A DNA stretch of 32,000 nucleotides from Candidatus Electrothrix yaqonensis (GTDB lineage: Bacteria; Desulfobacterota; Desulfobulbia; Desulfobulbales; Desulfobulbaceae): contig CP178758.1 of NCBI GenBank assembly GCA_047651235.1, forward strand, positions 1,020,001-1,052,000, in the 5' to 3' direction. Position numbers and translations under genes: made by a program. Under the pieces are notes generated by a model that did no database searches, was not told where the DNA came from, and saw nothing but the letters and a program-made list of their open reading frames with translations. This document shows positions 1 to 8,048 of this stretch, in pieces (the first letter of the stretch is position 1; each line of letters opens with the position of its first letter).

Positions 1-789
1 TGCAATTCGGTTGTTTCTCATATGCGAAATCAATCGAAGCTTGCCTCTTTTCATGCCGTTGACAAAGCTGTCTTATAACTTCATCTTCGTTTACATCTCG
101 ACGTGGAAGAATTGACTTGAGTAATGTTGTTATATCAGCGCAACTCAATAACGGGACACCGACTTGATGGTATAATCGTTGCTCGACCATAAACAACATG
201 GCCATCATGACCATAGTCATATGATGATGCCAAGCCAGCCATCCCCGAGCCTTAGCCTTAAGACAACGTTCCTTGTCATCCGTCCAGCTTTTCGGTAAAT
301 ACAGCCGATAGTCGATTGGCGTGGAAAAACGGCCATATCCCAAAGTCGCGAACACTGCTACCTGACAGTTGTCGGTTTTACCAAGCTGCCCGCACCATTG
401 ACGAGAAACCCCAACAGACATTTTACCCTTTTTGGGTATCCCGGATTCATCAATAAAAAGAGCGCTATCTTCCTTTCCTCCAAAAATGTTATCCGCATCT
501 TTAGCTACTTGGTTGTTTACAGGACGCCAATCCCAGTTCGATTCGGAAAGAAAATACTGGAGGGGCTCATATTTAACGCCCGGAACCTTTTCCTCCATAC
601 GTTCCATGTTTTTTTGTCAGACTGGAATAAACCTTTCAAGTATTGGAATGCTTTATCTGACAAACTTACCGTATGTCTCTTAAAAAAGAGATGATATCTT
701 TCGTGAAAAGACGTAAGTTGCCGGGCGATGCCGGTCAACTCAAAGAATTTGTCATGGGGACTTCTTTTTTCGGGGCTGGGAGCGTTCAT
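1..789 (-). pseudogene. IS701-type DDE transposase, frameshifted and internally deleted (copy A)
   Basis: The minus-strand frame 517-789 reads ...FHERYHLFFKRHTVSLSDKAFQYLKGLFQSDKK. A -1 shift at a homopolymer run of 7 (609-615) then leads into MERMEEKVPGVKYEPLQYFLSESNWDW...LFIDESGIPKKGKMSVGVSRQWCGQLGKTDNCQV, which I recognise as the IS701-like signature. The central catalytic region is missing (junction ...DDKERCLKAKA/RGWLAWHHH...). The second frame stays open to the window edge. Confidence 0.7.
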
Positions 790-967
790 AAAAAGAATAA
801 AGTTATAATCAGGGCGATTGACGGGTATTTTTTTGATAGCTGTTATCAGGTGCTAGCTTGATCAAAAAGCGATAAAATCTTCCTAATGAAAGATACAACT
901 TTATCCGGATATTGCAAGAAGTTTTTACAAATAGATCAAAAGGTTATGGTTGACAAAGTAGAAGTAA
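1..967 (-). mobile_element. IS701-family-like insertion sequence, internally deleted non-autonomous copy A (left end off window)
   Basis: Positions 1-967 align with 23940-24905. Divergence is under about 1% outside one 54-bp patch, with one 1-nt indel. The right terminus caaagtagaagtaa (954-967) equals the terminal inverted repeat defined on copy B. A decayed DDE transposase lies on the minus strand. Confidence 0.8.
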
Positions 968-1118
968 GCTCGTTCTTCAGATCATCTATCTTCTCCGCTA
1001 TATCCTCCTGCTCTTCCTTCATTAAGGAATCAAAATTTCCCCGCATTTCATCCAGCTTTCTCTCAATTTTGTTGATTGCATAGACTGAAGGAGCTGCCGC
1101 TCTGATCTTTCTCAGCAT
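936..1118 (-). pseudogene. 5' fragment of an unknown coiled-coil ORF, apparently truncated by the IS right end at 967
   Basis: The 60-aa ORF reads MLRKIRAAAPSVYAINKIERKLDEMRGNFDSLMKEEQEDIAEKIDDLKNEL. It then reads into IS sequence and stops after 9 more codons. I recognise no family. Confidence 0.25.
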
Positions 1119-1145
1119 ATCAAAATAAAGCTCCAGCGAAAGGCG

Positions 1146-1252
1146 TATAGCTGGAGCAGTATAAACTGAATACAGGATCAGCTATCTGAAAGGCGTGAAG
1201 GCAAAACTTATGCCTCTTGTGGGCATATTCAAATTATGTTGCTCCAGCTATA
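1146..1252. repeat. 107-bp element with 12-13 bp terminal inverted repeats (tatagctggagc...gctccagctata), copy 1; MITE-like or small structured RNA
   Basis: A second copy of exactly the same length lies at 14527-14633. The first 30 bp are identical and the interior is more diverged. Both copies can be read as TA|tagctggagc...gctccagcta|TA. An extra right-end-like fragment (gctccagc, 1130-1137) sits just upstream. Confidence 0.7.
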
Positions 1253-1284
1253 CCTGCTCAATCTCGTCCGCTGTAAAATGCAGC

Positions 1285-1521
1285 TCATCCTGTTCCGAAA
1301 ACAGGGAAAAATTCATTGCCTATTATTTCCTTTTTCAGGAAGCTGAATTTTTTTTCAGAAAGATGTGTTTCCAGGGAGGAAATCGCTTCCTTGCTGATTG
1401 TCAGCTTTGTCTTCTGAGTGCTGGGTGCTGTTTCGGCTGGCTCTTCGGCAAAACAAAGAGAGGATGCCGGAAACATCAGAAACATCAGGCAGAAAAAAAA
1501 GAGAAAACTACGTTGCAACAT
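1285..1521 (-). CDS. small exported hypothetical protein
   Basis: Taking the internal Met gives MLQRSFLFFFCLMFLMFPASSLCFAEEP..., an N-terminal hydrophobic signal-peptide-like segment with an A-x-A-like cleavage context. It lies downstream of ruvA on the same strand. I recognise no family. Confidence 0.35.
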   Translation of the reverse strand: MLQRSFLFFFCLMFLMFPASSLCFAEEPAETAPSTQKTKLTISKEAISSLETHLSEKKFSFLKKEIIGNEFFPVFGTG

Positions 1522-1667
1522 CGTGATAATCTTTTTGAGTTGAATAAGCATTTCGGTTGCCGTGACTGTTTGTCACGGCAGTCTCAATCTGATACCCGCC
1601 GGGCAAGGCGGAATAAATAGCAAAATTATAAGTTCGCACAAGATGAAGAGGATACGTCAGCTACCCT

Positions 1668-2297
1668 TTATGCAAGACTCCGCAGAGCATTCCGGATCAG
1701 TTCATCCACCTTCATGGCCGCAGCACGGTCCGGGTCTGCCTGCTGCACGGCACGCAGGGCCTGCCAGGCTGTTTCTGCGGGATAGCCGAGATTGACCAGG
1801 GCCGAGGCCGCATCCTGCAGGGCAAAGCCTTCGCTGCGGGGCGGAGCAGACTTTTTAGTTTGACCCGGTACTTGGGCAGACTGATCTCCGGTAAAGGAGC
1901 CAACCTTGTCGGCCAGTTCCATGCAGAGCCGCTGGGCTGTCTTTTTTCCCACCCCGGACAGGGCGGTCAGCCGGCTCATATCCTTCAGGCTGATTGCACT
2001 GCACAGGTCAGCCGGGTCAATGCCGGAAAGGATGGACAGGGCCAGCTTGGGCCCGACCCCGGACACCCCGGTCAGGAGGAGAAACAGTTTTTTTTGTTCC
2101 ATATCCGTAAACCCGTACAGAGTAATGGCGTCTTCCCGGACATTGGTGTAAATATGCAGTAGGATCGTTTCTCCTGGAGCAGGCAGAGCATCGTACGTAC
2201 GCCCGGAAAGCTGGACCCCATATCCGACCCCCTGCACATCCAGAATGACCGCACCCGGGGTTTTATGAAGAACAGTTCCGGAGAGACTGGCAATCAT
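1668..2297 (-). CDS. ruvA: Holliday junction branch migration complex subunit RuvA
   Basis: The 209-aa product begins MIASLSGTV...VILDVQGVGYGVQLS....TLYGF....E..LF..L..VSGVGPKLALSILSG and contains the helix-hairpin-helix GVGKKTAQRL. This is the canonical RuvA layout and length. Confidence 0.93.
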   Translation of the reverse strand: MIASLSGTVLHKTPGAVILDVQGVGYGVQLSGRTYDALPAPGETILLHIYTNVREDAITLYGFTDMEQKKLFLLLTGVSGVGPKLALSILSGIDPADLCSAISLKDMSRLTALSGVGKKTAQRLCMELADKVGSFTGDQSAQVPGQTKKSAPPRSEGFALQDAASALVNLGYPAETAWQALRAVQQADPDRAAAMKVDELIRNALRSLA

Positions 2298-2602
2298 TTT
2301 CGGTTTCCTCGTTTCTTCGACATCGGCTTTTCTGACGAAACCGATGAAAAGTTCGTTTTTTCCGATTAATTATAACGGGCACTGACAATCCGGCAACGTC
2401 TTTTCTGCAAAGCGCTCCCTCTGCCCGGCCTGATTTCCGGCAGGTGCCTGAACCGCAGAGCTTCATCAGACAGCGGGCAAGAATTATGAATACCTTGACA
2501 TCATGTTTTCTTCCGGGATATTGTTTGTAAAAACTGTATGAATTTCCTTTGGCGGCAATCTCTGTCCGCCCTTGCCTGTCCTGTCATTATTGCCTCAGAC
2601 CG

Positions 2603-4567
2603 ATGAGCCGGATTTGTCTGCACAAAATACTTATCGTTGATGATAAGAAAGAAAATCTCTTCACCCTGAAAAAAGTTCTGGCTGATCTGGAGGTGGAGTT
2701 TGTCCAGGCAACCCGCGGCAATGATGCGCTCAAGGCCACGCTGCATAATGACTTTGCCTTGGCTCTCCTAGATGTCCAGATGCCGGAGATGGACGGATAT
2801 GAGCTGGCTGAACTGCTTCGCTGCGACGCTGCAACCGCAAATCTTCCCATCATCTTCCTTTCTGCTGTTTATCATGATAACTATCATGTGTTTAAAGGGT
2901 ACGAATCGGGAGCAGTTGATTTCATCACCAAGCCGTATGAGCCGAAAATTCTGCTCAGCAAAATAAAATTTTTTCTTCAGCTCCATAGCCAGAAGATCGC
3001 CCTCCAGAAGGCCGTTGAGCTAGAACAGGCGAAAAGTTACCTGGAAAGCATTCTTTTCTCCATGACTGACGCTGTTTTTGTGACTGACCCTGCAGGGAAA
3101 ATTACCACCTGCAACCAAGGCGGTCTGTCTCTTGTCGGTTTTGCGCAGGGTGAGATGACAGGCAGAGCACTCCACGAGCTTCTGGGGGATGCGCTGTGCA
3201 GCGAATGGCTGGATCAGCTGGCATTCGGCAGCAGGCCGGAATCGCTGCGCAATCAGGAAGCCATTCTGCAGACAGCCAGTGATGCGGCAATCCCGGTGCT
3301 TGTCTCTGCCTCCCCGATCTGCCCTGAATCAGAAGATGAACCAGGAAAACTGCGCGGCGCTGTTTTTGTGCTCCGGGATATCCGGGACCGGAAAAAAATG
3401 GAAGAACGGATATACCGGGCGGAAAGGATGGAGTCTATAGGACTGCTGGCTGGCGGGGTGGCCCATGATCTGAACAATATCCTGGCCGGTATTATCGGGT
3501 ACCCGGAACTAATGCTGAAAACTCTGTCCGAAGACAGTCCGCTCCGGGAACCGATTGAAGCCGTTCTGCAGTCCGGGCAGCGGGCGGCAATGGTGGTGGC
3601 GGATCTGCTCACTGTTGCGCGCGGCGTTGCCATGAGCAGAGAGGTCCGCAATCTCAACCGTCTGGTCCGGGAGTATCTGGCTTCGCCGGAATGCAGACAG
3701 CTTCAGTCCCTCTACCCCGGTATTACCTGCAAACAGCAGCTGGCGGCTAAACAGGCTGATATCTTCTGCTCCCCGATTCATATCAAAAAATGCCTCATGA
3801 ACCTGGTCACCAATGCTGCGGAGGCCATTGATGCGGAAGGCACCATCACCGTTTCCACGCAGAATGAACAGGTTGATAAAGATATTGATGCTGAAGGCCC
3901 GGAGGAACATGTGCTCGGCAAAGGTAAGTATATCGTGCTCCGGGTGGAGGATACAGGCTCAGGTATTGCAGAAGAAGATATGCAGCATATTTTTGAGCCC
4001 TTTTATACCAGAAAAGTCATGGGGCGAAGCGGTACCGGGCTCGGTCTGGCCGTGGTCTGGAATACGGTCAAGGACCATGACGGCAGGATATTTGTAACCA
4101 GCAGCGAAACCGGAACCTGCTTCCAGGTCTATTTTCCGCTGAGCACAGAGAAATCCGCCGGCAGCGGGGAAGACTGCCAGCAGGAGATTGTACCATCCGG
4201 CAGCGGAGCTGCTGTTCTGATTATTGATGATGAACCGCAGCTGCGGGATGTTGCGGCCAGGATGCTGCAGACTCTGGGCTACATCGCAGATTCTGTCTGC
4301 TCCGGTGAGATGGCAATCAAATATCTTATGGAAAACCAAGTCGATCTTGTGGTGATAGATATGCAGATGGAACCGGGGATGAACGGATACGAGACCTACC
4401 AGGAAATTCTCTATATCCGTGCCGACCAGAAGGCGCTTATTGTCAGCGGGTTCTCGGATAATGAAAACGTGCAGGCTGCCCTGGACCTGGGTGCTGACGG
4501 TTTTATCAAAAAGCCCTATTCCATGGAGCAGCTGGGCCGGGCCGTCAGGGAAGCGCTGGAAATCTGA
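2603..4567 (+). CDS. hybrid sensor histidine kinase/response regulator (REC-PAS-HisKA-HATPase-REC)
   Basis: The N-terminal receiver reads ILIVDDKKENL...LLDVQMPEMDGYEL. A PAS-like segment follows. The H-box is GGVAHDLNNILAGIIGY. The ATPase motifs are EDTGSGI...GTGLGLAVV. The C-terminal receiver reads VLIIDDEPQLR...DMQMEPGMNGYE...SGF. The start is set at ATG 2603; the track's TTG at 2549 is less likely. Confidence 0.9.
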   Translation: MSRICLHKILIVDDKKENLFTLKKVLADLEVEFVQATRGNDALKATLHNDFALALLDVQMPEMDGYELAELLRCDAATANLPIIFLSAVYHDNYHVFKGYESGAVDFITKPYEPKILLSKIKFFLQLHSQKIALQKAVELEQAKSYLESILFSMTDAVFVTDPAGKITTCNQGGLSLVGFAQGEMTGRALHELLGDALCSEWLDQLAFGSRPESLRNQEAILQTASDAAIPVLVSASPICPESEDEPGKLRGAVFVLRDIRDRKKMEERIYRAERMESIGLLAGGVAHDLNNILAGIIGYPELMLKTLSEDSPLREPIEAVLQSGQRAAMVVADLLTVARGVAMSREVRNLNRLVREYLASPECRQLQSLYPGITCKQQLAAKQADIFCSPIHIKKCLMNLVTNAAEAIDAEGTITVSTQNEQVDKDIDAEGPEEHVLGKGKYIVLRVEDTGSGIAEEDMQHIFEPFYTRKVMGRSGTGLGLAVVWNTVKDHDGRIFVTSSETGTCFQVYFPLSTEKSAGSGEDCQQEIVPSGSGAAVLIIDDEPQLRDVAARMLQTLGYIADSVCSGEMAIKYLMENQVDLVVIDMQMEPGMNGYETYQEILYIRADQKALIVSGFSDNENVQAALDLGADGFIKKPYSMEQLGRAVREALEI

Positions 4568-4690
4568 CCGCCCCACCGCAGGGCAATGCTGCATCGCTGA
4601 CAGCGGTTTGGTGAATTTTCTATTGCAAATTTCCCTGATGCTCACTAAAAGAGGAGTACCGAAAAGAAAGAATAAGCCCGACACAGAATA

Positions 4691-5251
4691 ATGAATTTCA
4701 GAAAAAGATTACAGCCCCGGCAATGCTGTCTCTACGTGATTGATCCGCAGGAACGGCTGATGGCCCATATTCACGAGGCACGGCGGGTGATCAGCAATAT
4801 TGAGCTGATGATCCGGCTGGCCGACACCCTGGATTTTCCCGTGATTGCCAATACCCAGTATACCCAGGGTATCGGGCCGATCGTGGAGGAACTTGTTCCC
4901 CTGCTTGCCGACTGGCCGTGCATCGACAAGGTTGAATTCAACGGCCTGGACAACCCGGCTGTCCGTTCCATGCTTGGTAAGCTGCCCGCAACAGCAGACA
5001 CCCTGCTGCTCTGCGGCGTGGAGAGCCATATCTGCGTGTATCAGACCGCGATAGGGGCGATGCAGGTCGGCTATGATGTGGTGGTGGTTGCAGATGCGGT
5101 TTCCTCCAGGACTCCGGAAAACGATGCCTACGGCAGACAGCGTCTGCAGGAGATCGGCGCGGTTGTCGTTCCGGCAGAACTGATTATCTACGAGCTGCTG
5201 CAGAAAGCCGGAACACCGGCCTTCAAGGCCATGCTGCCCTATCTGAAATGA
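4691..5251 (+). CDS. isochorismatase-family cysteine hydrolase
   Basis: The 186-aa product contains LYVIDPQERL..., the catalytic Cys context LLLCGVESHICVYQTA, and DVVVVADAVSSR. These are typical of the isochorismatase/YcaC-like fold. Confidence 0.8.
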   Translation: MNFRKRLQPRQCCLYVIDPQERLMAHIHEARRVISNIELMIRLADTLDFPVIANTQYTQGIGPIVEELVPLLADWPCIDKVEFNGLDNPAVRSMLGKLPATADTLLLCGVESHICVYQTAIGAMQVGYDVVVVADAVSSRTPENDAYGRQRLQEIGAVVVPAELIIYELLQKAGTPAFKAMLPYLK

Positions 5252-5390
5252 AATAACTAATCTATAAATCTCTGCAATACTCTGCCTGCGGCCTTCCACG
5301 GAGTTCCGAGTTCCGCTGTTTTCCTTCTTCTTTTATTTTTTTATTTGAGCCCGATTCCAGTCAATTTCACATTACGCAATTACGTACAGA

Positions 5391-8048
5391 ATGACCGGCA
5401 ACGAAATACGAACAAAATTTTTCAGCTATTTTGCAGAAAAGGGACATACTGCGGTTGAATCCTCCTCCCTTGTTCCCCAGGACGACCCGACCCTGCTGTT
5501 CACCAATGCAGGCATGTTTCAGTTCAAGCGGGTGTTCATGGGCGAAGAGCAGCGCGAGTACACGCGGGCTGCTTCCTGCCAGCGCTGCGTGCGTGCTGGC
5601 GGCAAACATAACGACCTGGAGAATGTCGGGTATACAGCCCGGCACCACACCTTTTTTGAGATGCTCGGCAACTTTTCGTTCGGCGATTATTTCAAAAAAG
5701 AGGCCATTGCCTTTGCCTGGGAATTTCTGACCAAAGAATTAGGCCTCAACCCGGAACAGCTCTGGGTCTCGATCTTCCGCGAGGATGATGAGGCATATGA
5801 ACTCTGGGAGCAGATTAACGACCTGCCCAAGGGCCGGATTGTCCGGCTGGGTGAGAAAGACAATTTCTGGGCAATGGGCGATACCGGTCCCTGCGGTCCC
5901 TGTTCCGAGATTCATATTGACCAAGGTGCGGAACACGGCTGCGGCCGCGCCGACTGTGCCCTCGGCTGTGACTGCGACCGCTTTCTTGAGCTGTGGAACT
6001 TAGTTTTCATGCAGTTCTACCGGGATGCCGACGGCAGCATGACCCCGCTGCCCAAGCCCTCCATTGACACCGGCATGGGGGTGGAGCGGGTGGCGGCCGT
6101 CCTGCAGGGCAAATACAACAACTTTGACTGCGATCTGTTCACGCCCCTGCTCAGCACAGTGGAGCGCCTGTCCGGCAAAAAGTACAATACCGACAAGGCC
6201 GACGACGTGGCCATGCGGGTCATTGCTGATCATGCCCGCGCCACCGCCTTTCTGGTTGCTGACGGCGTGCTGTCGTCCAACGAAGGCCGGGGCTATGTCC
6301 TGCGCCGGGTGATGCGCCGGGCCATCCGTTTCGGCAGGACGCTCGACTTGCAGGGCGCTTTTTTCGGCGAAGTCTGCCGCGAGGTGGTGCGCACCATGCA
6401 GGATGCTTATCCGCACCTGACCGACTCCGGCCAGTTGCTGGACAAGGTGACGGATCACGAAGAAACCCGTTTCGGCGAGACCCTGGACCACGGTCTGGCC
6501 ATGCTGGACGAGGAGATCAAACGGGTGCTGTCGGAAAATCCGGAGGAACCGGTCATCAGCGGTGATTTTATCTTCAAACTGTATGATACCTACGGGTTCC
6601 CCAGAGATATTGTCCGGGATGTGGCCCTGGAACATGAAATCGCTCTGGATGATGCCGGTTTTGCCGCAGCCATGCAGCAGCAGCGGGATCAGTCCAAGCG
6701 CTCCTGGAAGGGGAAAAATCTCGACCGGTTCTCTGCCGGACTGATTAACCTGCTGGAGCAGGAAAAGACAACGGAATTTCTCGGCTACACCACAACCTCT
6801 GCCGATTCTGTGGTGGAAGGCATTCTGGACAGCCAGGGCCAGCTGGTGCTGGCAGCAGCCGAGGGCGCGGAGGTGCAGGTATACTGCCCACAGACCCCGT
6901 TTTATGCTGAATCCGGCGGCCAAGTCGGCGACACCGGCACGATCAGCTGGTCGGAAGGTTCCTTTACTGTCCAGTCCACCAAAGCGGCTGCCGAGGGCCT
7001 GATTCTGCACAGCGGTACGGTGACGGAAGGAACATTGGCTGCCGGACAGCAAGTCTCCATGCAGGTGGCGGACAGCCGTTTTGCCACAGCCCTGAACCAC
7101 ACGGCTACCCATCTGCTCCACGCGGCCATGAAGCAGATCCTCGGTGCCCATATCAAGCAGGCCGGTTCTTTGGTCCGGTCAGACCGGCTGCGCTTTGACT
7201 TCACCCATTTTTCCCCAGTCACGCCAAAGGAAATCCGGGCCATTGAAGAACTGGTCAACCGGGAAATCCGCAGAAATTCCCCAGTGAAAACAGCAGTCCT
7301 CTCCAAAGAGGCCGCCATTGCCGACGGTGCAACAGCCCTGTTCGGCGAGAAATACGGCGATGAGGTCCGGGTGGTGACAGTACCCGGTTTTTCCAAGGAA
7401 CTCTGCGGTGGTACCCATACCTCGGCCACCGGCAATATCGGTCTGTTCAAGATCATTGCCGAAACCGGAATTGCTGCCGGGGTGCGCCGTATCGAAGCGG
7501 TCACCGGCCAGGCTGCGCTGAGTTGGGTTCAAGATCTTGCTGCTCAGGCCGATGCCCTGGGCAAAGCCCTGTCCGGTTCTTTTGACGATGCCTTTGCCAA
7601 GGTAACGGCCCTGCTGCAGCGGCAGAAGGAGCTGGAAAAAGAGGTGGCAACCCTGAATGCCTCCAGAGCAATGGGTGATCTGGACAGCCTGCTGGCCGGA
7701 GCTGTGGAAGTGGACGGCATCAGGGTGATCAGCGGCCAAGTGCCCCTGGATTCTCCCAAGACTCTGCGCGAGGTCGGCGATAAGGTTCGAGACAAAATGG
7801 GCAGTGCTGTTGCCCTGTTAGGCGGCGAGTTCAACGGCAAGGCTGCCCTGCTGGCCCTGGTCAGCAAGGATCTGACCGGAAAAATCAGGGCTGGTGATCT
7901 TGTCAAAGAAGCAGCAGCTATTGTGGGCGGTAAAGGCGGCGGCAGGCCGGATATGGCCCAGGCAGGCGGTCCCATGCCGGACAAGCTGCCGGAGGCTGTT
8001 CAGGCGGTACCGGCGCTTATCACAAAAATTATAGGAGCAGGCCGATGA
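5391..8048 (+). CDS. alaS: alanine--tRNA ligase
   Basis: The 885-aa product begins MTGNEIRTKFFSYFAEKGHT...SSLVP.DDPTLLFTNAGM.QFK and contains RCVRAGGKHNDLENVG.TARHHTFFEMLGNFSFGDYFK. It also has the editing-domain HTATHLLH motif and a C-terminal DHHA1-like GGKGGGRPDMAQAGG. Confidence 0.98.
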   Translation: MTGNEIRTKFFSYFAEKGHTAVESSSLVPQDDPTLLFTNAGMFQFKRVFMGEEQREYTRAASCQRCVRAGGKHNDLENVGYTARHHTFFEMLGNFSFGDYFKKEAIAFAWEFLTKELGLNPEQLWVSIFREDDEAYELWEQINDLPKGRIVRLGEKDNFWAMGDTGPCGPCSEIHIDQGAEHGCGRADCALGCDCDRFLELWNLVFMQFYRDADGSMTPLPKPSIDTGMGVERVAAVLQGKYNNFDCDLFTPLLSTVERLSGKKYNTDKADDVAMRVIADHARATAFLVADGVLSSNEGRGYVLRRVMRRAIRFGRTLDLQGAFFGEVCREVVRTMQDAYPHLTDSGQLLDKVTDHEETRFGETLDHGLAMLDEEIKRVLSENPEEPVISGDFIFKLYDTYGFPRDIVRDVALEHEIALDDAGFAAAMQQQRDQSKRSWKGKNLDRFSAGLINLLEQEKTTEFLGYTTTSADSVVEGILDSQGQLVLAAAEGAEVQVYCPQTPFYAESGGQVGDTGTISWSEGSFTVQSTKAAAEGLILHSGTVTEGTLAAGQQVSMQVADSRFATALNHTATHLLHAAMKQILGAHIKQAGSLVRSDRLRFDFTHFSPVTPKEIRAIEELVNREIRRNSPVKTAVLSKEAAIADGATALFGEKYGDEVRVVTVPGFSKELCGGTHTSATGNIGLFKIIAETGIAAGVRRIEAVTGQAALSWVQDLAAQADALGKALSGSFDDAFAKVTALLQRQKELEKEVATLNASRAMGDLDSLLAGAVEVDGIRVISGQVPLDSPKTLREVGDKVRDKMGSAVALLGGEFNGKAALLALVSKDLTGKIRAGDLVKEAAAIVGGKGGGRPDMAQAGGPMPDKLPEAVQAVPALITKIIGAGR

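Noticed and set aside
398-694. Plus-strand ORFs inside both IS copies (398-694, 432-683, 673-861, 24300-24629, 24370-24621, 24611-24799)
   Set aside because: They are shadows of the minus-strand transposase frames. Their translations are low-complexity and carry no motifs.
1568-1590. Perfect 9-bp-stem hairpin tgccgtgac-tgttt-gtcacggca downstream of ruvA, considered as a terminator
   Set aside because: There is no U tract on either strand. It may still be a processing or protein-binding site, but it cannot be called a terminator from sequence alone.
3959-4684. 241-aa minus-strand ORF, plus 3253-3657 and 3509-3910
   Set aside because: They are antisense shadows within the hybrid histidine kinase gene.
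4709-5299. 196-aa minus-strand ORF
   Set aside because: It is antisense to the isochorismatase-family gene, whose catalytic motifs are on the plus strand.
5300-5390. Tandem gagttcc gagttcc and a T-rich stretch upstream of alaS, considered as a regulatory leader or T-box-like element
   Set aside because: It is too short and has no recognisable conserved structure. T-box control of alaS is not expected in this type of organism.
6000-7151. 383-aa minus-strand ORF, plus 6902-7504, 7179-7739 and 7544-7984
   Set aside because: These lie entirely antisense within alaS, whose identity is unambiguous. They are long shadow ORFs typical of GC-rich coding DNA, with Arg/Gly/Ala-rich low-complexity translations.
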